Source of the DNA: an uncultured Gammaproteobacteria bacterium
Lineage (GTDB): Bacteria; Patescibacteriota; Patescibacteriia; UBA1558; S5-K13
DNA length: 64,000 bases
Reading direction: 5' to 3'
Assembly: GCA_964424195.1 (NCBI GenBank)
Contig: CAYRHT010000005.1
Span: 8,864-72,863, forward strand
Position 1 is the first letter of the stretch. Every line of letters begins with the position of its first letter. Position numbers and translations under genes: made by a program. The notes beneath the pieces were generated by a model. That model made no database searches. It was not told the origin of the DNA and was given only the letters and a program-made list of their open reading frames with translations. This document shows positions 1-9,842 of this stretch, in pieces.

Positions 1-443
1 GAGAAACGGTTGGGATTTTGTTTCTTGATGATAAGACTGAAGTAAAACCAGGAGATGAATTTATAATTAGTTCCTCTGGTAAAAATTGTAATTTTTCTAA
101 TTCTTACATTGTAGAGAGTTATGATAAAGGAAGTAACAATATCGCTACTGTAAGAAGAGGTAATGTTATTCCTCTGAGACATATAGAATTGGAAATTTTA
201 CAGAAAGTAGGCAATCATAATTATTATCTAACTAGTTTTCTTTATCCTCAAAAGAATCTCTCTAAATTAAGAGAATTAAAAACAAAAATATTCTTTTTAA
301 GATTAAAGAGAGGTCGAAGGATTATTAAAAAATCGGCTTACAATGTTTTAAGTTTTGATGGTGATACTTTTGTTTGTGAAATATTTCTTAATCAAATCTT
401 TCTATGGTTTAAGAAAGTATTTTTCTGGCGTAAAAGAAAATAA
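1..443 (+). CDS. hypothetical protein, 5'-truncated by the window edge
   Basis: The frame of ORF 18..443 is open back to the window start; it is followed by hairpin AAACTCAG..CTGAGTTTTTT. Confidence 0.5.
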   Translation, partial: ETVGILFLDDKTEVKPGDEFIISSSGKNCNFSNSYIVESYDKGSNNIATVRRGNVIPLRHIELEILQKVGNHNYYLTSFLYPQKNLSKLRELKTKIFFLRLKRGRRIIKKSAYNVLSFDGDTFVCEIFLNQIFLWFKKVFFWRKRK

Positions 444-558
444 GTTTATTTAAATGTTATTATTTAATATTAAACTCAGTTCAAAAAGGCTGAGTTTTTT
501 ATTTCTCAAACTTAGTGTGTTATAATGAAGTTAAGAGAATTATTAATCCCATTATTTT

Positions 559-2391
559 ATGTTTAAAAGATTTAAAACTTTAATTAGTTTCTTGTTAATA
601 GCTAGTTTTTTAATACCTACTTTAAATGTCAGTTCTCAGGAATTTGATCCTGACTTTAATAAAAATGAGATTATTTCTCAATTTCAGATGTTTGATTATA
701 ATTCTATGAGTGAATCTGAAATTCAAAGCTTTTTAGTTTCTAAAAGCTCTTATCTAGCTAATTATTATACTGAAGGTTGGCCAATTAATTGTGATATGAA
801 AACTGGTTCAGATACAAGTAATTGTCAAACTATGATTCGAATGAAAGCTTCAGCTATTATTTATTCTGCAGCTCAAAGATATCGAGTTAATCCTCGATTT
901 ATTTTAACTATGCTTCAAAAAGAACAAGGTTTAATCCAATGGAATGGAACTCCACCACAAAAAAGATTAGATTGGGCTACTGGTTATGCAGTTTGTGATG
1001 GATGCTCTTTAAGTAGTCCTAAAGTAGTTAAATACAAAGGATTTGGTAAACAAATTGATAATGTTGCGGGAGCAATGAGATTTTATTCTGATAATGCTAA
1101 TACTTATGCTTATATCAAAAAAGCAGGAGTATCCTATGCTATTGATGGAGAAGCAATTAAAGCTCAGAATCAACCAACAGCTAATCTATATACTTACACT
1201 CCACATATTAGTGGTAATTATACTTTTTGGAGAGTCTATCAGAGATACTTTGGTGATCCTTTAGCTACTATTAGAGACAAACAGGCTACAATTTCTACGG
1301 AGTATATGGCTCAAATGATTGATAGTAGTGATCAAGAATTAAATGTTAATGAAGGTGAAAAGACAGCAATGTGGGTAGAATATTTAAATATGGGTACTCA
1401 GACTTGGTCTAATGTTAATAAAGAAAGTCTGTATTTAATTGATAGTAAATACAAAGCTCAAATTCCAATGATTTCTAAAACTTCTAGTTTTGTGTTAGAA
1501 GAATCAATGAAGTCAGACATTGCAGTTCATTCTCAAAGAGATGCTGTGGCTCCAGGAGAAGTTCTAAGGTTAACTATTCCTTTGGCTGTTGATTATGAAA
1601 AGTATAGAGCAGGAGAGTATATTTTAGTCCTTAATGGTAAGGGTTGGTTTGCTGATAGTGATATTGGATTTGACTTAACTCGAACTTTCCGTTATGATGC
1701 TCAGTTGACCAAAGGTATTCCAAATGCTTTAGAAGCTCGTAAGAGTAATGCTATTAGAGTAGAATACAAAAATGTTGGTTTAACTGCTTGGTATCGTTCA
1801 GATGTGAAATTACAATGGAAATCTTCTGATTATACTAACTATCAAACTATGAATGAATGGAAAGTTTTACCAGGAGAAATAGCTAGTTTTACTTTTTACT
1901 CTAAAGTTAATGAAGTTGGTGATCATCTCTATGATTTAAGTCTCTGGAAGGATGTGGGTTGGAAATTAAATCAATTTCCAACAGGAACAGCTAGTTTCAA
2001 GACTAATATGACCGTGAAATATGCTGCTAAATTAGTTTATGAAAGTATACCAGAAGAGATAAATTCTGGCAGTGAAAAATATATAATGTTGAGATTTAAA
2101 AATGTAGGAACTGAAGAATGGAATGATGAATTAGTCTTGAGATCATATAGTGATATTAGTCCATTCTCAGCGAGTTATTTTAAACACAATTCTTGGATTT
2201 CAGGATTCGCTGTTGATAAAATTAAAAGAACTGTGAAACCAGGACAAACCTATACTTTTAGATTTAAAGTTAAAGCTCCGGTTTCTAAGTATGTCTATGA
2301 TCAGTATTATCAATTAGAATGGGGACCAGCTTTTAAAGAAATATATATTGATGGAAAATTAACTAAACATTTTGAAACTAGAGTTAAATAG
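559..2391 (+). CDS. secreted cell-surface protein, N-terminal lysozyme-like domain plus NBR1-Ig-like repeats
   Basis: Signal peptide; 'AAQRYRVNPRFILTMLQKEQGL' and 'TANLYTYTPH' motifs; three 'YxNxGxxxW...VxPG' Ig-like units. Confidence 0.6.
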   Translation: MFKRFKTLISFLLIASFLIPTLNVSSQEFDPDFNKNEIISQFQMFDYNSMSESEIQSFLVSKSSYLANYYTEGWPINCDMKTGSDTSNCQTMIRMKASAIIYSAAQRYRVNPRFILTMLQKEQGLIQWNGTPPQKRLDWATGYAVCDGCSLSSPKVVKYKGFGKQIDNVAGAMRFYSDNANTYAYIKKAGVSYAIDGEAIKAQNQPTANLYTYTPHISGNYTFWRVYQRYFGDPLATIRDKQATISTEYMAQMIDSSDQELNVNEGEKTAMWVEYLNMGTQTWSNVNKESLYLIDSKYKAQIPMISKTSSFVLEESMKSDIAVHSQRDAVAPGEVLRLTIPLAVDYEKYRAGEYILVLNGKGWFADSDIGFDLTRTFRYDAQLTKGIPNALEARKSNAIRVEYKNVGLTAWYRSDVKLQWKSSDYTNYQTMNEWKVLPGEIASFTFYSKVNEVGDHLYDLSLWKDVGWKLNQFPTGTASFKTNMTVKYAAKLVYESIPEEINSGSEKYIMLRFKNVGTEEWNDELVLRSYSDISPFSASYFKHNSWISGFAVDKIKRTVKPGQTYTFRFKVKAPVSKYVYDQYYQLEWGPAFKEIYIDGKLTKHFETRVK

Positions 2392-2403
2392 GAATTAAAA
2401 AAT

Positions 2404-3330
2404 ATGTTAGATATCTATTACAAAAATGCAAAGGATAAGAATTTTAAGAAAACTAAATCACTTCGTGATGGAGCCTGGATTAATATTGATAATGCTCAAA
2501 AAGAAGACTTAGAAAAAATTGTAAAACTAACAGATTTAGACTATGCAGATTTACAAGACGCTTTAGATCCTTATGAATTACCTCGTATTGAGAGACATGA
2601 AGGCAGTGTAATTATTTTTATGAGAAATCCAAGGGATAAGAGTAAGAATGAGTTTTTATACACTCAACCTCTAACTATTATTATTACCAACAAGTATTTT
2701 ATAACCATCTCTATTACTAAGAATAAGATTATAGAACCAATCTTGGAGAAAGGAATTAACTTTGCTACTACTCAAAGACCTCGATTATTAATCTATATTT
2801 TACTAAAGATTGCTCAGAAGTTTACTAGAGAAATTAAGGCTACTAAAAATAATGTTTTATCTCAAAAGAAACATATTAAACATATAGAAAGTTCAGATAT
2901 TGTTAATTTAATTGAAAATGAAGAAATTTTAAATCAATATACTTCATCTTTGAGTCCAATGAAGAGTGTGTTTAAAACAATTGCTAAGGGTAAATATATA
3001 TATTTATTCGAATATGATGAAGATTCATTACAAGATATGATTATTAGTATTAATCAGTCAGTAGATCTTTGTGATGTGAGTATTAAGAGTATTCAATCTC
3101 TCAGAGACTCTTATCAAATTATATTTACTAATAGATTAAACAAGGTTATTAAGTTTTTAACAGCCTTTACTATTATTATGACCATTCCAACCATTATTGC
3201 TAGTGTTTATGGAATGAATGTTAAACTTCCTTTAGCTAATAATCCTTTAGCTTTTATACTTATCTTAATTATTAGTTTTGTAATAGCATTTTTATTCTAT
3301 ATACTCTTTACTAAGAAGAAGTGGATGTAG
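2404..3330 (+). CDS. corA: CorA family Mg2+ transporter
   Basis: YGMN signature between two C-terminal TM helices. Confidence 0.9.
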   Translation: MLDIYYKNAKDKNFKKTKSLRDGAWINIDNAQKEDLEKIVKLTDLDYADLQDALDPYELPRIERHEGSVIIFMRNPRDKSKNEFLYTQPLTIIITNKYFITISITKNKIIEPILEKGINFATTQRPRLLIYILLKIAQKFTREIKATKNNVLSQKKHIKHIESSDIVNLIENEEILNQYTSSLSPMKSVFKTIAKGKYIYLFEYDEDSLQDMIISINQSVDLCDVSIKSIQSLRDSYQIIFTNRLNKVIKFLTAFTIIMTIPTIIASVYGMNVKLPLANNPLAFILILIISFVIAFLFYILFTKKKWM

Positions 3331-3354
3331 GAGTGAGTTTAAAGTTATAAGTTT

Positions 3355-3390
3355 AAAAAAGACTATCAATTTCTCGATAGTCTTTCTTTA
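3355..3390. terminator. bidirectional intrinsic terminator between corA and typA
   Basis: AAAGACTATC-loop-GATAGTCTTT hairpin with A and T tracts between convergent genes. Confidence 0.75.
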
Positions 3391-3406
3391 TTTAAAGTAT
3401 TTAATA

Positions 3407-5197
3407 TTATTTCTTTCTACTAGCTTTAATTCGATCACTTTCATTTAAATGTTGTTTTCTTAAACGAATATTACTAGGAGTAATTTCTAAATATTCATCT
3501 TCATGCATAATACTCATTCCAGTTTCTAAAGTTAATTCTTTAGGAGGAGTTAAGTTAATAGCTTCATCAGCTCCAGAGGATCTCATATTACTCAATTGTT
3601 TACCTTTAATTGGGTTTACAATTAAATCATTACCTTTAGCTGCATCTCCAATAACCATACCTTCATACACCTCAGTATTAGCTTTGATATAGAGAGCTCC
3701 TCTAGTTTGAAGATTGAATAATGAGAAACCTAGAGCTTTTCCAGTAGCCATAGAGATCATAGAACCTACGGTAGCTTTTTCAATTTCTCCAACATAGGGT
3801 TTAAATCCAACAACTCGAGTATAGATGATTCCTTCTCCCCGAGTATCAACTACAAATTCATTTCGATAACCAAGTAATCCTCGAGTAGGAATTTCAAAAA
3901 CAATTCTAGAATTGTTATGCTCTGGGGACATATTAGTCATATTTCCTTTACGAGCAGAAAGTTTTTGAATAACAGTTCCAGACATTTCTGTAGGAACGGT
4001 AATAGTAACCTCTTCAAATGGTTCTAACTTCTGACCATCTTTTTCTTTAATAATTACATGAGGTTGAGAGATTTGCATTTCATAACCTTCTCTTCTCATA
4101 TTCTCTAAAAGAATAGCAATATGCATTTCACCTCGTCCATAGACTTTGTAATGATCAATAGCATCAAAATCAATCTTTAATCCAACATTAACTTCTAATT
4201 CTTTTTCTAATCTTTCTTTTAATTGACTATTAGTAACAAACTTTCCATCTTTACCTGAGAAAGGAGAATTGTTAATTAAGAGGTTTAAAGAAATAGTTGG
4301 TTCATCAATACTAATAGCTGGAAGAGCTTCTTGCTTTTCATTATTACAAATAGTTTCTCCAATAAATATATCAGGAAGTCCAGCTACCATTACAATATCT
4401 CCAGCTTGAGCAGATTCAACTTCTTTCCTATTCAAGCCTTCAAAAGTAAATAGTTTAGTAATTTTACCCTTACGAGTTTTTCCTTCAGCATCTTTAATGA
4501 TAATTTGAGAAGCATTTTTAACCTCTCCTTCATAAATTCTACCAATAGCTAATCTTCCCAAGAAGTTATCATAGGCTAGATTAAAAGCTTGCATTCGTAA
4601 AGGTTTAGCTTGAATTTCTTCACCAGAAGCAATAGCAACTTCTTCTAATATTGTATCTAAAAGAGGAGTAAGGTCTTGAGAATTGTCTTCTAGTTCTTTC
4701 TTAGCAATTCCATCACGAGCAATACTGTAAAGGGTAGTAAAATCTAATTGTTCATCACTAGCTCCTAAATCAAAGAAAAGTTCAAAAACTAATTCTTCTA
4801 CAATATTTGGTCGGGCAGCCTCTTTATCAATCTTGTTTAATACTACAATTGGTTTTAATCCTAATTCTAAAGATTTCTTTAAAACAAATTTAGTTTGAGG
4901 CATTGGTCCTTCTTGAGCATCTACAACTAAAAGCACTGAATCAATAGATCTTAATACTCGTTCTACTTCAGAACCAAAATCAGCATGGCCCGGAGTGTCC
5001 ACGATATTAATCTTAGTATCTTTGTAATATACTGAAGTATTTTTAGAATAAATTGTAATACCTCTTTCTTTTTCTAATGTGTCACTATCCATGCTGTCTC
5101 CCTCTTTGGACATTCCAGTTTGTTTCATTAAGGCATCAGTCAAAGCTGTTTTCCCATGGTCAACGTGAGCAATGATAGCGATATTTCTTATTTCCAT
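3407..5197 (-). CDS. typA: translational GTPase TypA/BipA
   Basis: IRNIAIIAHVDHGKT, ERGITI, DTPGHADF, NKID; BipA C-terminal domain. Confidence 0.95.
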   Translation of the reverse strand: MEIRNIAIIAHVDHGKTALTDALMKQTGMSKEGDSMDSDTLEKERGITIYSKNTSVYYKDTKINIVDTPGHADFGSEVERVLRSIDSVLLVVDAQEGPMPQTKFVLKKSLELGLKPIVVLNKIDKEAARPNIVEELVFELFFDLGASDEQLDFTTLYSIARDGIAKKELEDNSQDLTPLLDTILEEVAIASGEEIQAKPLRMQAFNLAYDNFLGRLAIGRIYEGEVKNASQIIIKDAEGKTRKGKITKLFTFEGLNRKEVESAQAGDIVMVAGLPDIFIGETICNNEKQEALPAISIDEPTISLNLLINNSPFSGKDGKFVTNSQLKERLEKELEVNVGLKIDFDAIDHYKVYGRGEMHIAILLENMRREGYEMQISQPHVIIKEKDGQKLEPFEEVTITVPTEMSGTVIQKLSARKGNMTNMSPEHNNSRIVFEIPTRGLLGYRNEFVVDTRGEGIIYTRVVGFKPYVGEIEKATVGSMISMATGKALGFSLFNLQTRGALYIKANTEVYEGMVIGDAAKGNDLIVNPIKGKQLSNMRSSGADEAINLTPPKELTLETGMSIMHEDEYLEITPSNIRLRKQHLNESDRIKASRKK

Positions 5198-5379
5198 ATT
5201 TTTTAAAATTAAAACCGCTTCTTAAAAGCGGATCAAGGCTTTAAATTTAACTTGTACCCTTATGTATACTATATTTTACTTAAAAAGTAAAGAGTAAGAC
5301 CTGTTTTAAGTGTATTAAATACCTTTACAAGTCTAATGAAAAAGATTAAGATAGGGGTAAATAAAAAATAGGAGGAAAA

Positions 5380-6099
5380 ATGAAAAAGATACTTTTAGTA
5401 GTAGTATTCTTTGTTTATGCTTTTACTTTTTTAGGAGCAACTGATTTTACAAAAATAAACAAAGAAGATGCTGTTGGTTGTGATTGGATAGAATTTGATG
5501 ATACAAGTGCTTTGTATCAGGAAGAAAAGGATATATTGAAATTTGTTTTGGAAAATCCAGAAGATATTTTAATTTTTTCCTATTCTGCCGTTGGTCATGA
5601 AAGATTAAATTTCTTTTTCCATCAAGAATTAAAAGAGTATACTAAGTTAATTAAATTTAGTAAGGGTAAATACTACATAGCTAACCATGTTGGACAAATA
5701 ATGGAGGAAAAGAAGTTTTCTTGGCATATATTATTTTTAATAATTTCTATTATTGGGATGATCAATTTAAATAGAATAGTTAAGAATAAAGTTGAAAAAA
5801 TAGCAAACGGAGACGACATGATGTTTGCTGCATTAGCCTTGGTTTTTGGAGGATTTTTTATGATGAATAGTTCCTTAGTAGGAACAATGAGATTTATTTC
5901 TATGTTAATTCCGACTATTGTTTTTGGAGCATATTTCAGTTTACGAATAAGTATCAGGTCTTGTGAATTCTATGAAGAACTTGAAGATAAAAGCGATGAT
6001 CCTAATTTAGAATCATGCAGAATGTTTTATAAGGTTTATAAAATATTCAGTATTCTTTATTACCCACTAGCAGTCTTTTTCTTATTTTATAAGCTCTAG
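5380..6099 (+). CDS. hypothetical membrane protein (orphan, strong SD)
   Basis: Signal peptide plus about 4 TM segments; AGGAGG upstream. Confidence 0.65.
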   Translation: MKKILLVVVFFVYAFTFLGATDFTKINKEDAVGCDWIEFDDTSALYQEEKDILKFVLENPEDILIFSYSAVGHERLNFFFHQELKEYTKLIKFSKGKYYIANHVGQIMEEKKFSWHILFLIISIIGMINLNRIVKNKVEKIANGDDMMFAALALVFGGFFMMNSSLVGTMRFISMLIPTIVFGAYFSLRISIRSCEFYEELEDKSDDPNLESCRMFYKVYKIFSILYYPLAVFFLFYKL

Positions 6100-6155
6100 A
6101 ATTTTTTTAAAATTAAAACTCGGTCTAATTAAAATAGTCCGAGTTTTTTATTTAA

Positions 6156-6380
6156 CTATTTTAAGTGGACCAAAAGTCTTTTTAAATACTTTTCATCAAT
6201 TTCAGATATTTTGTAATCTCTTCTCAGTTTCATAATAACATTATATAGTTCCATGTAAGATATTCCACCACCACCAGAGAACTTTTTTAATTCATTAAAT
6301 ACTAAACTCCTTTCTTTATCAGTTAAAGAAGTTATTTTTAAGAGCTCTTTTCTTAATTCAATTAAATTATATTGTTTCAT
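6156..6380 (-). CDS. small hypothetical protein
   Basis: 74-aa ORF with its own promoter-like site and terminator. Confidence 0.55.
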   Translation of the reverse strand: MKQYNLIELRKELLKITSLTDKERSLVFNELKKFSGGGGISYMELYNVIMKLRRDYKISEIDEKYLKRLLVHLK

Positions 6381-6458
6381 CTTATTTAAATGTTATTAAT
6401 TATATTTTAAGTATAGCAAATTTAGACTTAAGTCTAAATGTGTTATAATACTTGCACT

Positions 6459-8432
6459 ATGCAAGAAATAGATTTTCAAAAAGAGCTCAATCAAGAGCAA
6501 TACAAAGTGGTGAGTGCGGGTGATGGCCCTCACTTAGTTTTGGCTGGAGCTGGTTCGGGAAAGACTAGAACTTTAGTCTATCGAGTAGCTTGGCTATTAT
6601 CTCAAGGAGTAAGTCCGGAGAAAATTCTTTTAGTTACTTTTACTAACAAAGCTGCTCGAGAAATGATGGACCGAGTTCGGTCATTATTAATGTTGCCCGA
6701 AGATGAAAAAATTAGTCTTTGGGGTGGAACATTTCATTCTCTGGCTCATCGCCTATTAAGAATTTATGGAAAACAAATTGGAATTGCTACAGACTTTGTT
6801 ATTTTAGATGCTGAAGATAGTAAAACCTTAATTAAAGAAATTTCTAAGGAATATTTTAAAAATGTAGAATTAAAACATAAGCCTTCAGTTAATTTATTAA
6901 GAGAGGCAATTAGTTTTGCAATTAATTCAGACATTTCTTTAAAAGAAAGTGTAGGTATTAAATTTCCAGAATGGAAATCATTGCTTGGTGCTTTTGAAAC
7001 TATCGACAAAGAATATGCTGAAAGAAAAAAGAAGAATAAGTTTTTAGACTTTGATGATTTATTATTCTATTGGAAAAAGCTAACTTTAAATCCAGATATC
7101 ATGAAAAAGTTTTCTGAGAAATGGCAATATGTTTTAGTTGATGAATATCAGGATACTAATTCTATTCAAGCTGAGATTGTATATAATTTAGCTCAGAAAC
7201 ATCAGAATATAATTGTAGTTGGTGATGACGCTCAGAGTATTTATTCTTTTCGAGCAGCGGATGTAAAAAATATATTAGAATTTCCAGATCTTTTTAAAAA
7301 ATGTCAGATTCATAAATTAGAAACCAATTATCGTTCTAGTTCAGAGATAGTTAGTTTGGCTAATAATGTTATTAAAGAAAATCAAAATCAGTTCTTTAAA
7401 AACCTCAGAGCTAGTAAAGGCGGCTTTATTAAGCCTGTTTTAGTAGCTTCTAAAAGTACCCGAGAAGAAGCTTATTTCGTAGCAGATAAGATTGAAGAAC
7501 TTATTGAAGATGGAATGCCACATAAAGAGATAGCTGTTTTATTCAGAGCAGCTAATCATTCTCAGTTATTAGAAATGGAATTGAATCGGAGAGGTATTAG
7601 TTATGAGATGCGAGGAGGATTTAGATTTTTTGAGAGAGCTCATATTAAAGATGTGATTGCCTATTTAAGAATTATTCATAACATCAAAGATGAAATTGCT
7701 TGGTCACGAGTCTTGAAACTTTATGAAGGAATTGGAATTGCTACAGTTAAGAAAATTTATGAGCAAGTTTCTCAGATGAGAGACTTGGAAGATTTATTAG
7801 CTTTGAATATAAAAATATCTGGAAAGGCTAAAGTTTCTTGGGATCAATTCTTTCAAGTACTTCAGATATTGGATAAGCACAAGAAAGATAGTCCAGAAAA
7901 ATTATTAAGATTGATAATTGATTTTTATACTCCTTATGTAATGGCCGAGTATACTGATTATCGACAAAGAAAAGATGATTTAAATCAATTAGCATTTTTT
8001 ACTATTAGTTATACTGAATTAGAATTATTCTTAGCAGAAGTTGCTCTCCAAGAAAGCTTTAGTTTGAAATCTAAGGAGGATAAAGTTCAGAAAGTTATTC
8101 TAAGCACAGTTCATCAAGCCAAAGGATTAGAATGGAATGCAGTTTTTGTTTTAAATTTGTCTAATCAAGGATTTCCACATCCTCGTTGTGTGGAACAACA
8201 TGAATATGAAGAAGAAAGAAGATTATTTTATGTAGCAATTACTCGAGCTAAAGAATATTTATTTCTTTCTTATCCAACTTCAATTTATAGGTATGGGTCT
8301 TATGAAAATTTAGAACCTTCAGATTTTATTAAGAATATTAACAAAGATTTATTAAATTATAATGAGCTTGCTCATCGAGTTCGAGAGTCATCAGGGAGTG
8401 GAGTACAATATATTGAATCTTCAGATTGGTAA
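6459..8432 (+). CDS. UvrD/PcrA-family SF1 DNA helicase (likely start ATG 6459)
   Basis: LAGAGSGKT, VDEYQDTN, VGDDAQSIYSFR, NYRS, STVHQAKGLEW, EERRLFYVAITRA. Confidence 0.93.
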   Translation: MQEIDFQKELNQEQYKVVSAGDGPHLVLAGAGSGKTRTLVYRVAWLLSQGVSPEKILLVTFTNKAAREMMDRVRSLLMLPEDEKISLWGGTFHSLAHRLLRIYGKQIGIATDFVILDAEDSKTLIKEISKEYFKNVELKHKPSVNLLREAISFAINSDISLKESVGIKFPEWKSLLGAFETIDKEYAERKKKNKFLDFDDLLFYWKKLTLNPDIMKKFSEKWQYVLVDEYQDTNSIQAEIVYNLAQKHQNIIVVGDDAQSIYSFRAADVKNILEFPDLFKKCQIHKLETNYRSSSEIVSLANNVIKENQNQFFKNLRASKGGFIKPVLVASKSTREEAYFVADKIEELIEDGMPHKEIAVLFRAANHSQLLEMELNRRGISYEMRGGFRFFERAHIKDVIAYLRIIHNIKDEIAWSRVLKLYEGIGIATVKKIYEQVSQMRDLEDLLALNIKISGKAKVSWDQFFQVLQILDKHKKDSPEKLLRLIIDFYTPYVMAEYTDYRQRKDDLNQLAFFTISYTELELFLAEVALQESFSLKSKEDKVQKVILSTVHQAKGLEWNAVFVLNLSNQGFPHPRCVEQHEYEEERRLFYVAITRAKEYLFLSYPTSIYRYGSYENLEPSDFIKNINKDLLNYNELAHRVRESSGSGVQYIESSDW

Positions 8433-8461
8433 AATTTTATTTTTAGGTTTATAATATAGAC

Positions 8462-9250
8462 ATGGTAAAAAAGGATACAATAGTTTTGGATCTGGAAACC
8501 AAGAAGACCTTTGACGAGGTTGGTGGTCAACACAATAAGCACTTATTAGGTGTTTCTTTTGTTGGAGTTTATTCTTATAACCAAAAAAAGTATTTAGGAT
8601 TTAAAGAAGATCAATTTGATGAACTTTTAGAGCTATTTAAAAACACAGAGTTGGTAATTGGTTTTAATAGTAAGTATTTTGATTTACCAGTTTTACAACC
8701 TTACTATGATAACTTTGATCTTTTAAAAATTCCACACTTAGACATTCTAGAAGAGATAACAAATAGTCTAGGACATCGTTTAAAATTAGAAAGCATTGCT
8801 CAAAGCACTTTAGGTTATGGAAAATCTGGCAGTGGCTTAGATGCTATTAAGTATTTTAGAGAGAATGATTGGGAGTCTTTAATAAAGTATTGTTTAGATG
8901 ATGTAAAGGTAACCATGGAAGTATATGAATATGGTTTAGCTCATGGACATATTCTTTATACTAATTATGGTAAAAAAGAACAAATTCCAATTTCCTGGGC
9001 AAAAAAAGAGGATATTAAAATTGAGGATTTAATTCAAGATGCTTTTAAAAAAGGAGAACAATTAGAAATAGATTATATAGATGATGAAGGTAATGTCTCC
9101 AAAAGAAAGATTGATATTAAGCGTATAGATGGAACAATGATTAAAGCTCATTGTCATTTACGAGATGCGATTCGAAAGTTTGATTTGTATAAGATCAAGA
9201 AAGCTAAGATAGTTGGTAAGATGGCTAATTTCCAAGGATTCTTATTCTAA
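8462..9250 (+). CDS. RNase H-like (YprB/RNase_H_2) exonuclease fused to a C-terminal WYL domain
   Basis: LDLET, GFNSKYFDLP, YCLDDV exonuclease motifs; C-terminal 'IDYIDDEGNVSKRKI...AHCHLRDAIRKF' WYL pattern. Confidence 0.75.
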   Translation: MVKKDTIVLDLETKKTFDEVGGQHNKHLLGVSFVGVYSYNQKKYLGFKEDQFDELLELFKNTELVIGFNSKYFDLPVLQPYYDNFDLLKIPHLDILEEITNSLGHRLKLESIAQSTLGYGKSGSGLDAIKYFRENDWESLIKYCLDDVKVTMEVYEYGLAHGHILYTNYGKKEQIPISWAKKEDIKIEDLIQDAFKKGEQLEIDYIDDEGNVSKRKIDIKRIDGTMIKAHCHLRDAIRKFDLYKIKKAKIVGKMANFQGFLF

Positions 9251-9428
9251 TCTATGTTATTTTATTAGAGCTACTTTGAAGAAGTAGTTTTTTTGTTAAA
9301 TAAAAAAACAGCTCCCTCTTCATATTAATATGAAATTGAGGGAACTGAGTGAAATCTTTGTTCTGATTTAGTAGGATTTTTGTTTACCGTCCAATCTATA
9401 AATTTGGTTCCTAACAACAAATGTTAAT

Positions 9429-9689
9429 TTATAGACAGACTGATGTCGAAGTTTTTCTGCTCCAGAATTCCTGACAATGATTTTCAAGGCTTGATTCTTT
9501 AGGAATAGATAGAATAAGCTGGTTTCGAAATCCATTTTCTTCTCTTCTGGAGGGTAATTCCGGCATCATAGCTATTTGATCAATTTCTGAATCTAATGAG
9601 ATTAACGGGGACCGATCAGGTACAACAAGATAAGTTCGGTTTTCCATAGGATTACTCATTAGTAGAAAGCAAAACAGCAATATATGCAT
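9429..9689 (-). CDS. small hypothetical protein (strong SD)
   Basis: AAGGAGG 3 nt before ATG; TTGACA..TAATAT promoter upstream. Confidence 0.5.
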   Translation of the reverse strand: MHILLFCFLLMSNPMENRTYLVVPDRSPLISLDSEIDQIAMMPELPSRREENGFRNQLILSIPKESSLENHCQEFWSRKTSTSVCL

Positions 9690-9842
9690 TTATCCTCCTT
9701 TATTTTTTTACAATATAAAAATATTAGCGTATTATAAAAATATTGTCAAATCTATATATTTCATTTAGTGAATAAGGTCTTGACAAAATAGCTAAAAAAG
9801 GCTAAGATAAGCTATTAATTAATATCTGACACTAATACATTA

